A stretch of DNA of 64,000 nucleotides from Eledone cirrhosa (GCA_964016885.1 OZ024741.1:47058001-47122000), one strand, 5' to 3'; numbered from the stretch's first letter, positions 1-13,770 are shown. The notes: a model not told the origin generated them from the sequence alone. Numbers and translations are program-made.

Positions 1-383
1 GTGAAACATACCAATTTTTCTGGTGCTTGCTGAGGAGATCTCAATGCGGTATTTTTTCACTTTTTCATTTTTCGAAACTTATTTGGATTTTAAGGTTTAA
101 ACCTGTCTACAGAACAGGTTTGATTTTGAAATTTAAATTTGCCAATATGCTTTGTTTTTATTGATTTATTATTTTAAATTGAGACAAGCAAACTGTATTA
201 TTATAATTAGTATTTTTCAATCTAGCTAACTTGGTCATTTACAATATAAACACGGATATGTTGGTATTCGTGTTTATCAAATATATTAATTTATATTAAC
301 TTGTATTACACAGCTCAGAAATACTTCTTTCTTTGAGCTATTTCATTGTAAAGGACTGCCTGAGTTTTGAACTCATTATTAAT

Positions 384-412
384 AGTATATATACAGTATA
401 TACATATATACA

Positions 413-452
<40 letters not shown>

Positions 453-484
453 TATATACATATATACAGTATATACATATATAC

Positions 485-522
<38 letters not shown>
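384..522. repeat. (TA)n microsatellite with interspersed TATACAGTATATACA motif
   Basis: Seen directly; the same ACAGTATATACATATAT motif resumes at 1797-1867, 3550-3718 and ~4200-4250. Confidence 0.95.
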
Positions 523-524
523 TA

Positions 525-1796
525 CAGGGTGGGGCATAATTCCTGTTACAAAGTTTTAAGTCAATTTCAAAATACATTATGCTGCTAATATAACTAATAT
601 ATTTGTATCAAATTCATGCACTATAAACATATTAACTATTTTTCAGAACATTACTCCATTAACAATTTGCAATGTCCATAGAATTGAAAAGAAAGTTTAT
701 AATAGCGAAGCATGAAAAAGGCCTGACTCCACCCGAGATATTTAAACTGGGGAAAATTCTTAAGATCAATAGAATGTTGATCAAAAGGACAATCGATCGA
801 TTTAAGGAAACTTCCTCGACCAAAGACAGACCTCAATCCGAACGCCCTCGCACCTCAAGAAAATCAAAACTCATTAAAAGTGTGAGGGAAAAAATAAGGC
901 AAAATCCAAGAAGGTCCATGAGAAAAATGGCAGAAGAAGCCGAAACATCGCCGAGAACTATGCGGAGGATATGTGGATGTCACCCTATAAGTTCCAAAAG
1001 AAGCAGCTTCTTTCTGCAGCCTCAATTGAAAAGAGGCTCTCCAGAAGTAAACTGTTATTGAACCGTATCAAGGATGGCACGCTGCAAAACATCATCTTTA
1101 TAGATGAGAAGTTATTCACTGTGCACCAATCTCACAATCATCAAAATGATGGAGTACTTGCAAAAAGTCTCAAATCAATTCCTTCAAGTGTAGAAAAAGT
1201 GTTCAGAACAAAGAAACCAGCATCAGTGATGCTTTAGGCAGCCATTTCTGAAAGAGGGAAGTCTCCTCTGATTTTTGTGCCTCAATGAGTTAAAATTAAC
1301 AAATAACTTTACATGAAGGATATTTTGGAGGGAGCACTGATGCCATGTTTATGGCGATGACATTTGGACTCTCCAACAAGATGGAGCAATGAGCCACACT
1401 GCTCGCGTAACACAATAGTGGTGTAGAGATCATTGTCCTGCATGGATCAGTAAGAAGAGTGGCCTCCCACATCACCAGATCTCAACCCTCTCAATTTTTC
1501 TTTATGGTCAATTCTTGAGAGTGAAGCCTGCTTTACTCCTAGCCAAAATATTGAAACTCTAAAATCAAAACTGAATGGGAGAAAATACCCATGGAAACTG
1601 TTTGTGCAGCCATCGAAGACTTTCCTAGAAGACTTCGAGCGGTAGTGAGAGCTAGAGGAAAGCATTTCGAATACATTTTTGGGCAGTTGTTTAATAGTAT
1701 ATTACTTATTATTTGTTGAAGTCAGATCTTGAAATAAATGTTTTTTTCAAGAACTATTTACATTTTATTTTGTAACAGTTTTTATGCCCCGCCCTG
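525..1796 (+). mobile_element. Tc1/mariner DNA transposon, maT (DD37D)-like, full length, defective
   Basis: 28-bp imperfect TIRs (CAGGGTGGGGCATAATTCCTGTTACAAA at 525; reverse complement CAGGGCGGGGCATAAAAACTGTTACAAA ending 1796), flanked by TA on both sides; internal transposase remnants. Confidence 0.92.
672..1673 (+). pseudogene. Tc1/mariner transposase pseudogene (frameshifts and stops)
   Basis: N-terminal HTH region with an RPRT motif, FIDEK, QQDGA and WPPTSPDLNPL(N)F motifs across frames; about 37 residues between the 2nd D and the (mutated) 3rd D after correcting a 1-bp frameshift. Confidence 0.88.
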
Positions 1797-2175
1797 TATA
1801 TATATATATATATATATATACAGTATATACATATATACAGTATATACATATATACAGTATATACATATCTCCCCACCCTTATTCCTTTTGCCTTTGACCG
1901 CCCCCTTACCCCCACACTTTTCCCCCACTAACACCACTAACACACCCCTCCTTTTCACCGCCCACCCCACAACTAACAATACTAACACTTCCACTCCACC
2001 CCTCATCTGACCACCCTTCCCCAACTAACATACTAACATCCCTCCCTTCTTCTCCTCCTCCCCCCTCCTTATCACACGCACACACCCACCGGCACATATA
2101 TACACGCGCTAACACTAAACACACACCCTACTACCACCACTAACCCTCACCCCCACACCTCCATCCCACCACCCC

Positions 2176-2365
2176 GCAACTAACCTCACTAACACCCCCT
2201 AACCCCAAGCACACAAACACACGCACCCACTTACACCACCCACCCCACACGCAACTAACCTCACTAACACCCCCTAACCCCAAGCACACGAACACACGCA
2301 CCCACTTACACCACCCACCCCACACGCAACTAACATCACTAACACCCCCCAGCCCCACGCACACG
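2176..2365. repeat. 75-bp tandem minisatellite, about 2.5 copies
   Basis: GCAACTAAC(C/A)TCACTAACACCCCC recurs at 2176, 2251 and 2326. Confidence 0.85.
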
Positions 2366-3429
2366 TACCCACACACCCTCGTACACCACCAACTCTACAC
2401 ACCCTACCACCACTAACCCCCACTCACACCTGCATTCAACCCCTCCCCACCTCCCGTATACTAACACCCCTTCATCAAACTACACACACACCAGTACACC
2501 ACACTCCCTCCATAGAACCACACACACCTTTCTCTCCCCGCTCCACCCACACCCTCGCTCCACACTCACTCATCCCACTAACACCTCTACTAATACACAC
2601 ACACACACACACCCTCCTCACTCCAACTTTCACACCCACCCATCCTCGCCCCTTTACCATTCCACCGACGGCTGCTATGCCCTCTGACCACCTCCCAGCA
2701 CAAACAGACACACAGCACTCCCACTGCTTGACCACTTCCTGTTGCGCGCGCACCCCACATCTCTCCTCTTCCGACCATCGCTTCATGGAATACTCGCACG
2801 GAGAAATTGACCACCACAGAATCCACTAAACACCTTTGGATTTTACCAACTTTTCAACCATCCTCTTACGTAATCACCTATATAACTCACCCACACACAC
2901 ACCCCAAAAAAATTTTTTTCTTCCCACGCCACCTACACCGACAACACGCTTAAACCCCACACACACGTGCTTTCCACCACATATTTACACCCTCAGCCTC
3001 CTGATTCCTCTCCCCCCACCCCTCTATCCACACACGCAGACACTCCGACCACCCCCCACACACACACCTCTTCCTGAACATGCAACCCCGTTCTTCCCCC
3101 AACCCTTACTTTCACATACACACACACACACACGTACACCTACACACACACACACCACTTTCAGCCCTCCCCGCTCGGACACCCCGTCTCCCTCTCCCCA
3201 CTCCACCCACCACCACCCCTACACACCCCACACCCTTCCATCACCTGTTTTACCCCCCTTTTAATTTCAATTTATTTTGATCATGCTTTTATATTTAAAT
3301 TTATTTCATTCCTTGTATTTTGATCATGCTTTATTTTTATTTTTTTCATTCGCACCGTTTCCTTTCGCTATATGTCTCTCCACCACTCCCCTACACACCC
3401 TTTGAACTCTGTTCCCACACACTTCTCAC

Positions 3430-3460
3430 CTGAGGAAGGGCTTATGCCCGAAACATCGTC
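3430..3460 (+). ncRNA. Degenerate minimal hammerhead ribozyme motif (stem I missing)
   Basis: CUGAGGA core, 4-bp stem II GGGC/GCCC, GAAAC, GUC triplet; no stem I pairing visible. Confidence 0.5.
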
Positions 3461-3549
3461 CCCCACCAACACCCCACTCTCCAGAATGTGAAATTAATAA
3501 ACATTCGTTGTACTGCCTCTCTGTTTTGTCCCTGTTCAAATTTTTCCAT

Positions 3550-3580
<31 letters not shown>

Positions 3581-3686
3581 TATATACATATATACAGTAT
3601 ATACATATATATATATACAGTATATACATATATACATATATATATACAGTATATACATATATACAGTATATACATATATACAGTAT

Positions 3687-3717
<31 letters not shown>

Positions 3718-3755
3718 TTGTTATACTTTGGGAGGGTCATGTTGCCAGAAACGAA

Positions 3756-3798
<43 letters not shown>

Positions 3799-4255
3799 AT
3801 TATCTCCAATTCATTTGTCGAGCAATATTTGGCCATGACTGCTACTATGGTAGTAAGCTGGCCGCTGTCTTAATAACTACTCGCTTTCCACTGATTGACC
3901 TCGATGTCACGTGATTGATTCTTTTTGAATTTGCCACAGACGAGGAGGCAGTGATTTTCTCAATGGCTTGGAATCCAGTCCACGCTTTGCTATTTCCATT
4001 CCACTGAATTTTTTTTAATAAGTTTCCAGTGTCCTCGCTATGCCTGGAGACCTATACGGAAAAAGACTTTCCTGATGACGGAATGATTTTCTATGTGTTT
4101 CTTCGGAAAATATATTTACTCCATTCCAGAAACTAATTAGTTGGAAGTGATTTTTTAGTAAGTAAGTTAATTTTATAATTTTCTTATTTTACGTCTCTCA
4201 TATATATATATATATATACAGTATATATATATATATATATACATATCCAGTATAT

Positions 4256-7200
4256 GACGATATCCCATCGTCATACACTGGAGGCCCCCGTTACATGCAT
4301 GAAAAAATGTAGGATGCTCTCACCTATGTCCGCCATTGTTGCCGTCCTGATTTTTTTTTATCACCTTCACATGCAATCCAAAATGGTTTGACGTCCAGTC
4401 TCACTTACTTTATGGCCAAAATCCTTCACACAGGCATGATATCACATCTAGAGTGTTTCACCTAAAGCTTATGAAAATGATGGATGTTATAAAATACGGA
4501 CAACTTTCTGGACCAGTAAGGTGTTTCATGTACACCGTAGAATGGCAGAAGAGAGGATTCCCACATGCCCATATTCTCCTTTGGCTTAAAAAAAAACTCA
4601 TGTTAACTGATGTTGATTCCGTTATAAGTGCTGAATTGCCAAATCCCCAAGAAGACCCTGTCCTTTTTCAAATTATAAAAGCCAACATGATCCATGGACT
4701 GTGTGGCCACCTAAATCCAAAATCTGCATGTATGATAATGGGAAATGTACAAAGCGTTACCCACGTAAACTTATCCATGTGACCAAAACTGGTGATGATG
4801 GCTACCCTTTATACCGTCGCAGGGCACCGCAGGAGGGTGGACATACGGCAACTATAACAATGGTTGGTGGTCAAGATTTCAATATCGACAACCGATGCGT
4901 TGTACCACATAACAAGGTGCTTTGTAAAATGTTTTCAGCCCACATTAATGTTGAATTCTGCACCTCCGTAAAATCAATCCAATACATCTGCAAGTATGTT
5001 CATAAGGGAGCCGATCAAGCAGTTATTGAGTTGGCTAAGACCGATAACCCTGATGCCGCCACAGATGAAGTCACATTTTTCCAAACTGGACGCTACATCT
5101 CTTCTAACGAGGCATTTTGGCACATATTTGGTTTTCCGATCCATGAACCTGCAGTTATTCACCTCAGTGTTCATTTGGAGAATGGTCAACGGGTGTATTT
5201 TAACCAAGAAAATATGCTTGACTGTGCAAGACAACCTCGAAGAACGACCATTACCGGATTCTTTGTACTTCTGACTCTCTTGCCAGAACACTTCTTTATG
5301 CGGAGTTGTCTACATTCTACACGTGGAATAAATTTTCAAAGAAGAAAGCGAGGACGCATTTCACAAAGGGATGCTACGATGTGTGAGTCTGATGCCCTCT
5401 CAAGACTGTACACAGTTCACCCGCTCAATTCAGAATGCTTTCACCTTCTATTATTTCGTCTTCTATTGCACGTTGTCAAAGGTCCAACTTCCTTTGAAGA
5501 CCTTCGTACCGTCAATGGCCATATTTGTTCAACATTTAAAGAGGCCTGCTCCAAATTAGGTCTTCTCGACAATAATGACCACTATGACCACGCCGTCCAT
5601 GAAGCATCAATGTTGCAATCACCAATTGCTCTTTGTAAGCTTTTCGCCGTTATGCTGGTGTACTGCAGTCTTGGGAATCCAGTCTTTTTGGGATAAATAT
5701 CGAGACAGCATGTGCTTGGAGATCCTAATGCAATCTCGCTTCGCGACCACACACATGAATTTACAGTTTACACCTGAAATGTACAACTGCGATCTCATAT
5801 TTCTAGAAGATATACTTATACTTTTGGAAATGGGTGGCCGTCCTTTGAAGAACTACCGTATGGAATCCCCTAAAAGAGAAAATGAGGCTGTTTGTAACCG
5901 CCCCCTACTAAGGGATACATGCTACCATGCTGCCAGGCTTCTGTCCTACGTTCAAGAAAGAGAAAAACTTTTGAATCTTGAACAAGCTGATGTCTATACT
6001 TTTGTTTTGACCATGCTTGAAGGCACCAGCGGTGGCATCCACTTCCTTGATGCACCAGGTGACACAGGAAAGACATTTGCCAAAGTTCGCCAATGTGGAC
6101 AGATTGCCTTTGCAATGGCGCCTTCAGGAATAGCAGCAACACTGCTAGACGACGGCAGAACAGTCCATTCATCATTTAAGCTTCCCCTTAACATCGGTCA
6201 TGTTGAAAATCTAACCACCAATACAAAGAAGAATTCTGATGAGGCTGCTGTCTTTCAAAAATGCAAATTGATTGTCTGGGACGAGGCAACAATGTCCCAC
6301 AAGAATGCACTTGATGCAATCAATGCAACGCTACAAGACCTCCGCTCCAACTCTAAACCCTTCGGTGGCGTCGTTCTGCTTCTTGCTGGGGATTTTCGTC
6401 AAACTCTTCCCATTGTCCCAAAAGACCAACCAGTTGATGAAATAGATGCTTGCATTAAACATTCTCATCTTTGGCGTTTCATCCAGTCGAGAAAGTTAAC
6501 CATCAACATGCGATCGATTCTCCACCAACAAGACGGTGACAATTACTTTGCTTCAAAGTTATTGGATGTTGGTAATGGGAACTTACTAATCGACGTAAAC
6601 AGTTTGGTTGACATAAGTACCATCGGTAACTACGTCTCCAGCCCTGGGGACATTTGCACAAGAGTTTACCCCGACCTCTCAACAAATTACGTCAGTCATC
6701 AATGGATGTGTGAAAGGGCTGTCTTAGCCCCTACAAATGCCACCGTCCAAGCTCTTAACACATGTCTGCTTCATCAACTTCCTTCCCAAGAGCGATGTTA
6801 TGCTTCGATTGATTCGATTACGGATCCGACGCAAGTAACGTTTTATCCAACAGAGTTTTTAAACTCACAAGAGCAATCGGGAATGCCACCGCATAAACTC
6901 TGCCTAAGACTTGGAAGTCCCATCATACTCGAGAAACTTGGAACCTCCTCGGCTTTGCAATGGCACATGCTTGGTTATAATGCAAATGTTGGATGACGTT
7001 CTCGAGGCTACAATCATTACGGGAAAAGGCGCTGGCGACTCTTTTTATTTCCAGAGTTCCACTTATTCCAACTGACTGTGTCTTTCCGATGAAAAGAGTC
7101 CAATTCCCCATTCGATTAAGTTTTGCAATGACCATTAACAAAGCCCAGGGCAGTCACTAAAAGTGGTTGGGCTGGACCTCAGTACTCCATGCTTTTCACA

Positions 7201-7308
7201 CGGACAACTGTATGTGGGATGTTCAAGAGTTGGAAACTTGGCCAATCTCTTTTACTACACTCCCGGAAGATTGACAAAAAATTGGTTTACAAGGCAGCCG
7301 TACAATAG
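4256..7308 (+). mobile_element. Helitron RepHel remnant (HUH Rep + Pif1-family helicase), frameshifted, 5'-truncated
   Basis: PSSYTGGPRYM, VEWQKRGFPHAHILLW (HUH), KYVHKG; helicase motifs [59 protein letters not shown]; termini not identified. Confidence 0.9.
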
Positions 7309-7809
7309 TTTTTCCATAGAGTTGAAAGCCGCTTCAAGTTGATCCTTATTGCGATTACTTACTTTTCACAATAGGTAATGTTACTCTTCCAACAAATGCC
7401 CATTGATGAAATCAACCATTTTTTTTCATTTCAATGGACAGCCTTCCACATGCCCCAGGTTATTTCATAATTTAATTAAACATGTAGCTTCTTACAGATT
7501 GCCTACATGTCAACCGAACTGTCGTCTATGCTTTTTGTACCGATTCTTCAGCCATTCAGTCAATTAAACGACATTCCAAACGATATTTCCATTTTTCTCT
7601 ATTTTCACGTTTTTCTCTATTTTTGATTATCGATATTTTCACATTTTAATGAAAGAAATCTATCTGTAAATAAAACATGCTCTTTTTGAATACCGTCTCA
7701 TTATTGATTGAAAGAGTTGACCACGTAAAATTATCCTCCATGTTAAACATCGACAAAACGGAATTTCACCATTAAGACTGCAGTCCTACCAAGTACTAAC
7801 ACTATATAA

Positions 7810-7905
7810 GTCCCGTTCTGTCTGTGTGTAAAGTATTATAACTTGCGTATTGTTCACCTGTTCTCGCTAAAATTTACACGTTGCCAAAGGAGGATGCGAG
7901 ACGTG
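7810..7905 (+). repeat. ~95-bp dispersed repeat, second copy at ~9700-9795; possibly the end of a non-autonomous Helitron/Helentron-like element
   Basis: GTCC(C/T)GTTCTGTCTG..TGTGTAAAGTATTATAACTTGCGTATT...AGGATGCGAGA shared by both copies; family assignment is inference. Confidence 0.55.
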
Positions 7906-8477
7906 TCAATAACTATTTATTGCATAATTGTTACTTTCAAAGTGATAATCGCCATTTTTCTAATCTTTGTGTGACTTTGCTTTAAAAAATCTCCATTAGA
8001 ACTGCCATAAGCAGAAATGCGGTTGAGAAAGAGAAGTAGAAAGTGCAGAGTAGAAGAGAGAGATGGACAGAAAAAGAAAGAGAGAATGTCTATAGGAGGG
8101 AAACAGCAACAGAAAGAAAGAAACAAAGAAAAAAGGAGAAAGGAAAGAGAGAGAGAGAAGGCTGTGTGGTGTGAGAGAAGGGACTGGCAAAAAGGGAGAG
8201 AAAGAAGAGGCTGTGTCAGAGGGGAAAGAAAGAGAGAGTGAGACAGTAAGTAACCACATGTGAGAAGAGAAGCAGACATAAATATTAAACACGATATTAG
8301 AAAAATATTTTTGTAATTATGACGATATTTTATATATGCATGCATGCATGCATGCATAGATAAATACATACATATGTTTACAGTATATAAGGGAGAGGAT
8401 TAGGAGTGTGTAACACTCCACTTATCCAATAGGCAGTATAAGGTTAGCTCGATGTCTGAGGACAGAGCCGTAATATA

Positions 8478-9447
8478 ATTAACAACAAAGAACGTTTAGA
8501 GCATAGGTATATCTTTACTTGCTAACAGTGTTTCGTCCACACTATAAGTGGGACTCATCAGATCATGAAGAGTGATTACATATTACACAAGCAATAACAA
8601 AGCCAAGACAGAAGAATATATATGGGGATGCCATAAGTTGGGGGGAGTTTAAAGAGTAGAGTAAATAGAGTGTAGAAAATAAAATTGGAGGATAAAGAAT
8701 AGCGAAAAGTAAAAAATAAACATTGAAGAAATAAAAACTAAACATTGAAAAATAAGCATTGAAAAATAAGAGGTGCTATCAGTCACAGTTGGGCAGGGTG
8801 CTGTTAACATACAGTTACATACAAGCATACGCATAAGCATGAGCACCCGCATGCAACCACACAACAGGCAGCCATATGCAACACATATAGTATAGACTAA
8901 TACAAATAACATATCATGGACGAGTATGCAAAAGCTAAGAGATGAATGGTGGATATACAATGGGTAAAAATACAATGGGTAAAAGTAAGATAAACAAAGG
9001 ATAAAAATAGATTAACCATAGATAAAAAAATAGATTAACCATGGATAAGAGATAGAGAATAGATAAGGAATAGACAAGAATAGATAAGATAGATAAGAGT
9101 AGATAAAAATAGATAAAAAATAGATAAAAAATAGATAAAAAATAGACAAATAATATATATAAAAAATATAAAAAATATATATATAAAATATACAGATAAT
9201 AGAGATAAAGGGTAAAGAATAAAATAAAATAAAATTATATAAAATAAAATACAATGAAATAAAATAAAATAAAGTAAAGTGAGATAAGATATATATTTTT
9301 TTAATATATTTCTTGAATATATCAGGGGCACACGAACGCCTTAAGTGTTACAGTTAGCCATATCACAACAATCAAATGTTCAAATGAGATTTATAATCAA
9401 CAGGTGCTATGTCCACACTCGATTGAGTTGACCATTGCAATGCAATG
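8478..9447 (-). mobile_element. Partial inverted copy of the hammerhead-terminated non-coding element at 48148-50200
   Basis: Reverse complement aligns with ~49250-50200 (e.g. CATTGCATTGCAATGGTCAACTCAATCGAGTGTGGAC at the boundary; near-identical spurious ORFs at 8649-8975 and 49684-50133). Confidence 0.88.
8519..8566 (-). ncRNA. Minimal type I hammerhead ribozyme, copy with a stem I mismatch
   Basis: Minus strand reads TGAT-CTGATGA-GTCCCAC-TTATA-GTGTGGAC-GAAAC-ACT-GTT-AGCA; TGAT instead of TGCT weakens stem I. Confidence 0.75.
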
Positions 9448-10135
9448 TTTACAGGTATATTTATATATCGCCATTTTTTTAATCCTTATGGGACTGCATT
9501 CAAAATCTTCATTAGAAGTCCTAAATAAATACATACATATGTTTTCAGGTATATTTATATATATATATCGCCATTTTTCTAATCCTAATGGGACTGCATT
9601 CAAAATCGTCATTAGAAGTCCTATAAACAGCAACGAGGAAAATTTCTTTGATTTGATTTGTTTCAGATTTATTCAATTACAGATTTTCGATGAGATCGAG
9701 TCCTGTTCTGTCTGAGTGTGTAAAGTATTATAACTTGCGTATTATTCACCCGATCTCTTAAAATTTTACACATTGCTAAAGTAGGATGCGAGATGTTTTT
9801 ATAAAAGAAACAACCACTTTAGATGACGCTGTATATTGTGTATTATAAGACTCTTTTATTAATTAGCACTGATGAACTGTAATACTTCTAGAACCTACAA
9901 GGTAGTCACGCATTGTACTCAGTAATTTGATTGCCGATGTCACAGAATATAGTTGCTGTAAGCGACAATTCTTTAACGACATGTACATAACATTTACAGC
10001 ATTGCGTTTCACAATTTCTTCTCGGTGATCAGTCAGTTTGTAATATTTATTTTATAGCACATTGAATATTTGCAGTAGGTTCTGTAGTATATCAGTCTCT
10101 GGTTGACAGTTAATATATATATACATATATATATA

Positions 10136-10746
10136 TGGTAGCTGCCAACTCGTTTTCGAGTACGGCCACTACTTTATATCCATGTAGGAGAACCCCTACC
10201 GATGCGCTAAACAAGTGTGACTTTTTAGTCCAGCCAGCGACTTGAAAACTCTGGTACAAACACTACACCTGTGACAATTATTGACACATAGTGCAGGGCT
10301 CATGGCACCATGTGACGACAAGTGCAGAGAGATCTCCAGATATAAAGCAATGCCTGTGCCGTGAAGCTTTTATAGTGAGCAAAGGCACTGCACAAAGCCA
10401 GTCCCACTCTCTTAACCAAGATGATATTTACCAAAAAGAATAACAAGTTAACATCATTGGATACCATCAGGGTTGCAGGTGTTATATCAGAGTTTTCTTC
10501 CTCTTAGAATTCTGCCTTGACAAAGGCTAAGGGGTCATCTCTCCCGGTGATTTTGGATGGCCATTGACTCTTAAGAGCTCCTTTGCCCTTTGACAGGTTT
10601 TGTTTTTAGTCCTACAGGATGTCCAAAGTCACCCTCCTCACCAAGAAACCTTGGTGGGATTGCCAGTTTAGTCGCCAACGACCTGACCATGAGACAGGTT
10701 GTACTGGGATACATGTTACCAGTAGCACCAACTGGTGACCTGACCA
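10136..10746 (-). mobile_element. ~610-bp RTE-derived bipartite short retroelement, family X, full-length copy 1
   Basis: Five copies in the window; 3' part retains a C2H2 remnant ([17 protein letters not shown]) like RTE LINE C-termini and ends in the hairpin GTGGC..CTCG-AAAA-CGAG..GCCAC (GCTAC in this copy); flanked by (TA)n. Confidence 0.7.
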
Positions 10747-11501
10747 TATATATATAAATATATATACATACACATATATTTACATACACACATACATATA
10801 TATATATATATATACACATACACATATATATACACATATATATACATACACATATATTTACATACACACATATATACACATATATATACATACACATATA
10901 TTTACATACACACATATATATATATATATATATACACATACACATATATATACACATACACATATATATACACATACACATATATATATACACATATATA
11001 TATATACACATATATATATATATACACATATATATATATATACACATATATATATACACATATATATATATACACATATATATTTAAAGATTTACATATA
11101 CATAAAGTCACATATATATGTGGCAACTGGTCACGTTGTGGCTCAATGAAGAATTAATAAATTAAATAAGCAGAGCAATATATCATAAATCATGTCCTTA
11201 GAATTATTAGATAAAATATATACCATTTCCTCTCCCAATTAGCATAATTAACCATATAAAAAATCAATTAGACCAGGCTATAAGAATAAAGGCTCCTATG
11301 AAGAAATATTTGATAAATAACCGAAAGTGGCCTCTTCGCGGTGACCCCAATAGAGTATTTACCCAACATTTCAACAGCATGTAGAAACTGACCAAATATA
11401 CCGTCAACCATACACAATTAGGTGTAAATTTAAAATTAGAAGAAACGTGTACATACCGTAATTACATCTCATTAATTAAAGTTGGGATTAGCAATGAGTA
11501 T

Positions 11502-12824
11502 AGCCCCCTCCTGTTCATCATAGTCCTGCAGGCAATAATGGAGCAGTTTAAGACCGGATGCCGATGGGAACTCCTGTATGCTGATGACCTCGCACTTATA
11601 GCTGAATCTATGGTAGAACTAGAGAATAAATTCCAAACTTGGAAGCAGGGACTAGAAATGAAGGGTCTCAAAGTCAACATGACAAAGACTAAGGTCCTTG
11701 TAAGTAGACGAGAAAACAGAACCCAGATCCCCTCAGGGAAATGGCCTTGCTCAGTATGTAGGAACTCCATTCTCTGCTCCAAATGCAAACAATGGGTACA
11801 CAAGAGATGTAGCGGGATCTCAGGAAGCTTAATTAAGAATGTAGGCTTCACATGCAGCAGCTGTGCTGGGACAGCAAGCAGCACAGCCACAGGAAACAAA
11901 TACCACCAATCTCTGGGAGGGCTCTGTAGAAACAGTAGACAGCTTCTGCTACCTAGGTGACCGAATTAGCAGCGGTGATGGGTGTTCAGAAAGTACAATA
12001 ACTAGGGTAAGAACGGGATGGAAGAAGTTTAGGGAACTACTACCACTGCTAGCTGCAAAAGGCTTCTCCCTCAGAATGAAAGGCAGACTGTATGATGCGT
12101 GTATCCGAACAGCGATGTTGCATGGTAGTGAGACCTGGGCGCTGAAGGTGGAACATTTACGTAGATTAGAGAGAAACGAAGCCTGCATGCTCCGATGGAT
12201 GTGTAACAGTAATATACGTGAACGACAAAGCATAAATGAATTGAGAGAGAGGCTGAGCATAAGAGGAATCAAATGCTGTGTGCAGGAGAGGCGGTTGCGC
12301 TGGTATGGACATGTGATGCGTATGAAGGATGACAACTGCATAAAAAGGTGGAGAGCACTAGAAGTTGATGGAAACCGCGGAGTGGGGAGACCCAAGATGA
12401 CCTGGGATGAGGTGACAAAAGCCAACCTTACCCAATTACACCTCTCAAAGGCAATGACACACGACCGTGACCTCTGGCGTCACGCAGTAATACAGAGTAC
12501 CCGACCTCCCGTGGGTACAAGCTGAAGCATATAGACAATATGCCACCACACCCCCCACCGCAAGGTGGTCGTGGAGGTGCCACGGCAAAAAAGCACCCAG
12601 CCCACACTGTAAAGTGGACGTGTAGGCGCCACGAAAAAGCACCCAGCACTCACTGTAAATGAGGTTGGTGTTAGGAAGGGCATCCAGCTGTAGAAATCAA
12701 GCCAAATCAGTTCCTGTATGAGCAAGGCATGGTCAGCCGACCAGACACTGCCCACAACAGGACAACCCGTCTAACCCATGCTAGCATGGAAGAACGGACG
12801 TAAAACGGTGATGAAGATGATGAT
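11502..12824 (+). mobile_element. 5'-truncated RTE-clade LINE (RT C-terminal half, 3' UTR, (GAT)n tail)
   Basis: [36 protein letters not shown] and GRPKMTW motifs; Cys-rich CSVC..ILCSKCKQWVHKRC insertion; GATGA tail. Confidence 0.9.
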
Positions 12825-13137
12825 ACATACATATACATATATACATTTATATACATATACATATATATACATATACATATATACATATATATACATATAC
12901 ATATATATATACATACACATATATATATACATACATATACATATATATATACATACATATACATACATATATATATATACATATATGTACATATACATAT
13001 ATATATATACATATATGTACACATATATATATATATACATATATATACACATACATATATATATATATACATATATATACACATACATATATATATATAT
13101 ACATATATATACACATACATATATATATATATATTTT

Positions 13138-13770
13138 AAAATTAGAGATAAGAGGGATCAGATGTTGTTTACTCGAGAGAAGGCTGCGTTGGTATGGACA
13201 CGTGATGCGCATGAAAGTCGATAGCTGTATAACAAAGTGCAGGGCAATAAAGATAGACGGTAGCCACGGAATAGGCAGACCTAGAAAAACATGGGATGAG
13301 CTGATAAACTCCGACCTCACACACTTACACCTCTCCAAGACAATGTCACTGGACCGTGACCTTTGGCGGTACTCAGTAACAGAGAAGACCCGCCTTGCCA
13401 GTAGGCATCTCTAACAAAATACACCCCGTCCCGCCACCACCCCCACCCCATCCACACCACCCCGTTCTATGTAAAGTTATGTTGGTGCCGCGCCATCCAG
13501 GCCGAAACAAATGAGATCGTGTAGGTGTCACGACAAAAAAACACACAGTCCACGCTGTAATGTGGCCGTGTAGGCAACACGGTAAAAACCTCCCAGACCC
13601 ACACTGTAAATGTGGTTGGTGTTAGGAAGGGCATCCAACTGTAGAAAACCTGCCAGACAGTCCTATGCGAGCAAGACAATCACTCTTGCCTCAAGTGGGA
13701 CTACCCCCGTCCAAACCCATGCAAGCGTGGAACACGGACGTTAAACGTTGATGATGATGATGATGATGAT
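13138..13770 (+). mobile_element. Short 5'-truncated RTE LINE copy (related subfamily)
   Basis: [18 protein letters not shown] remnant; same 3' UTR box GGTTGGTGTTAGGAAGGGCATCCA; (GAT)7 tail. Confidence 0.85.

Larger units (their letters stand above)
1868..3550 (+). mobile_element. C/A-rich non-coding insert ending in a Penelope-type hammerhead-like motif and AATAAA (probable PLE-derived non-autonomous element)
   Basis: Extreme C/A strand skew; bounded on both sides by the same microsatellite; 3' end has CTGAGGA-A-GGGC-TTAT-GCCC-GAAAC-ATC-GTC followed by AATAAA (~3496). Confidence 0.5.

Noticed and set aside
5575-6996. Host PIF1 helicase gene
   Set aside because: Intronless, frameshifted and fused downstream of an HUH Rep domain; it is a Helitron remnant
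8017-8241. Lys/Arg/Glu-rich ORF
   Set aside because: Translation of a GA-rich low-complexity tract
11295-11335. Hammerhead-like ATGAAGA-TATTT/AAATA-GAAA
   Set aside because: Core lacks C3 pairing and stems I and III are not convincing
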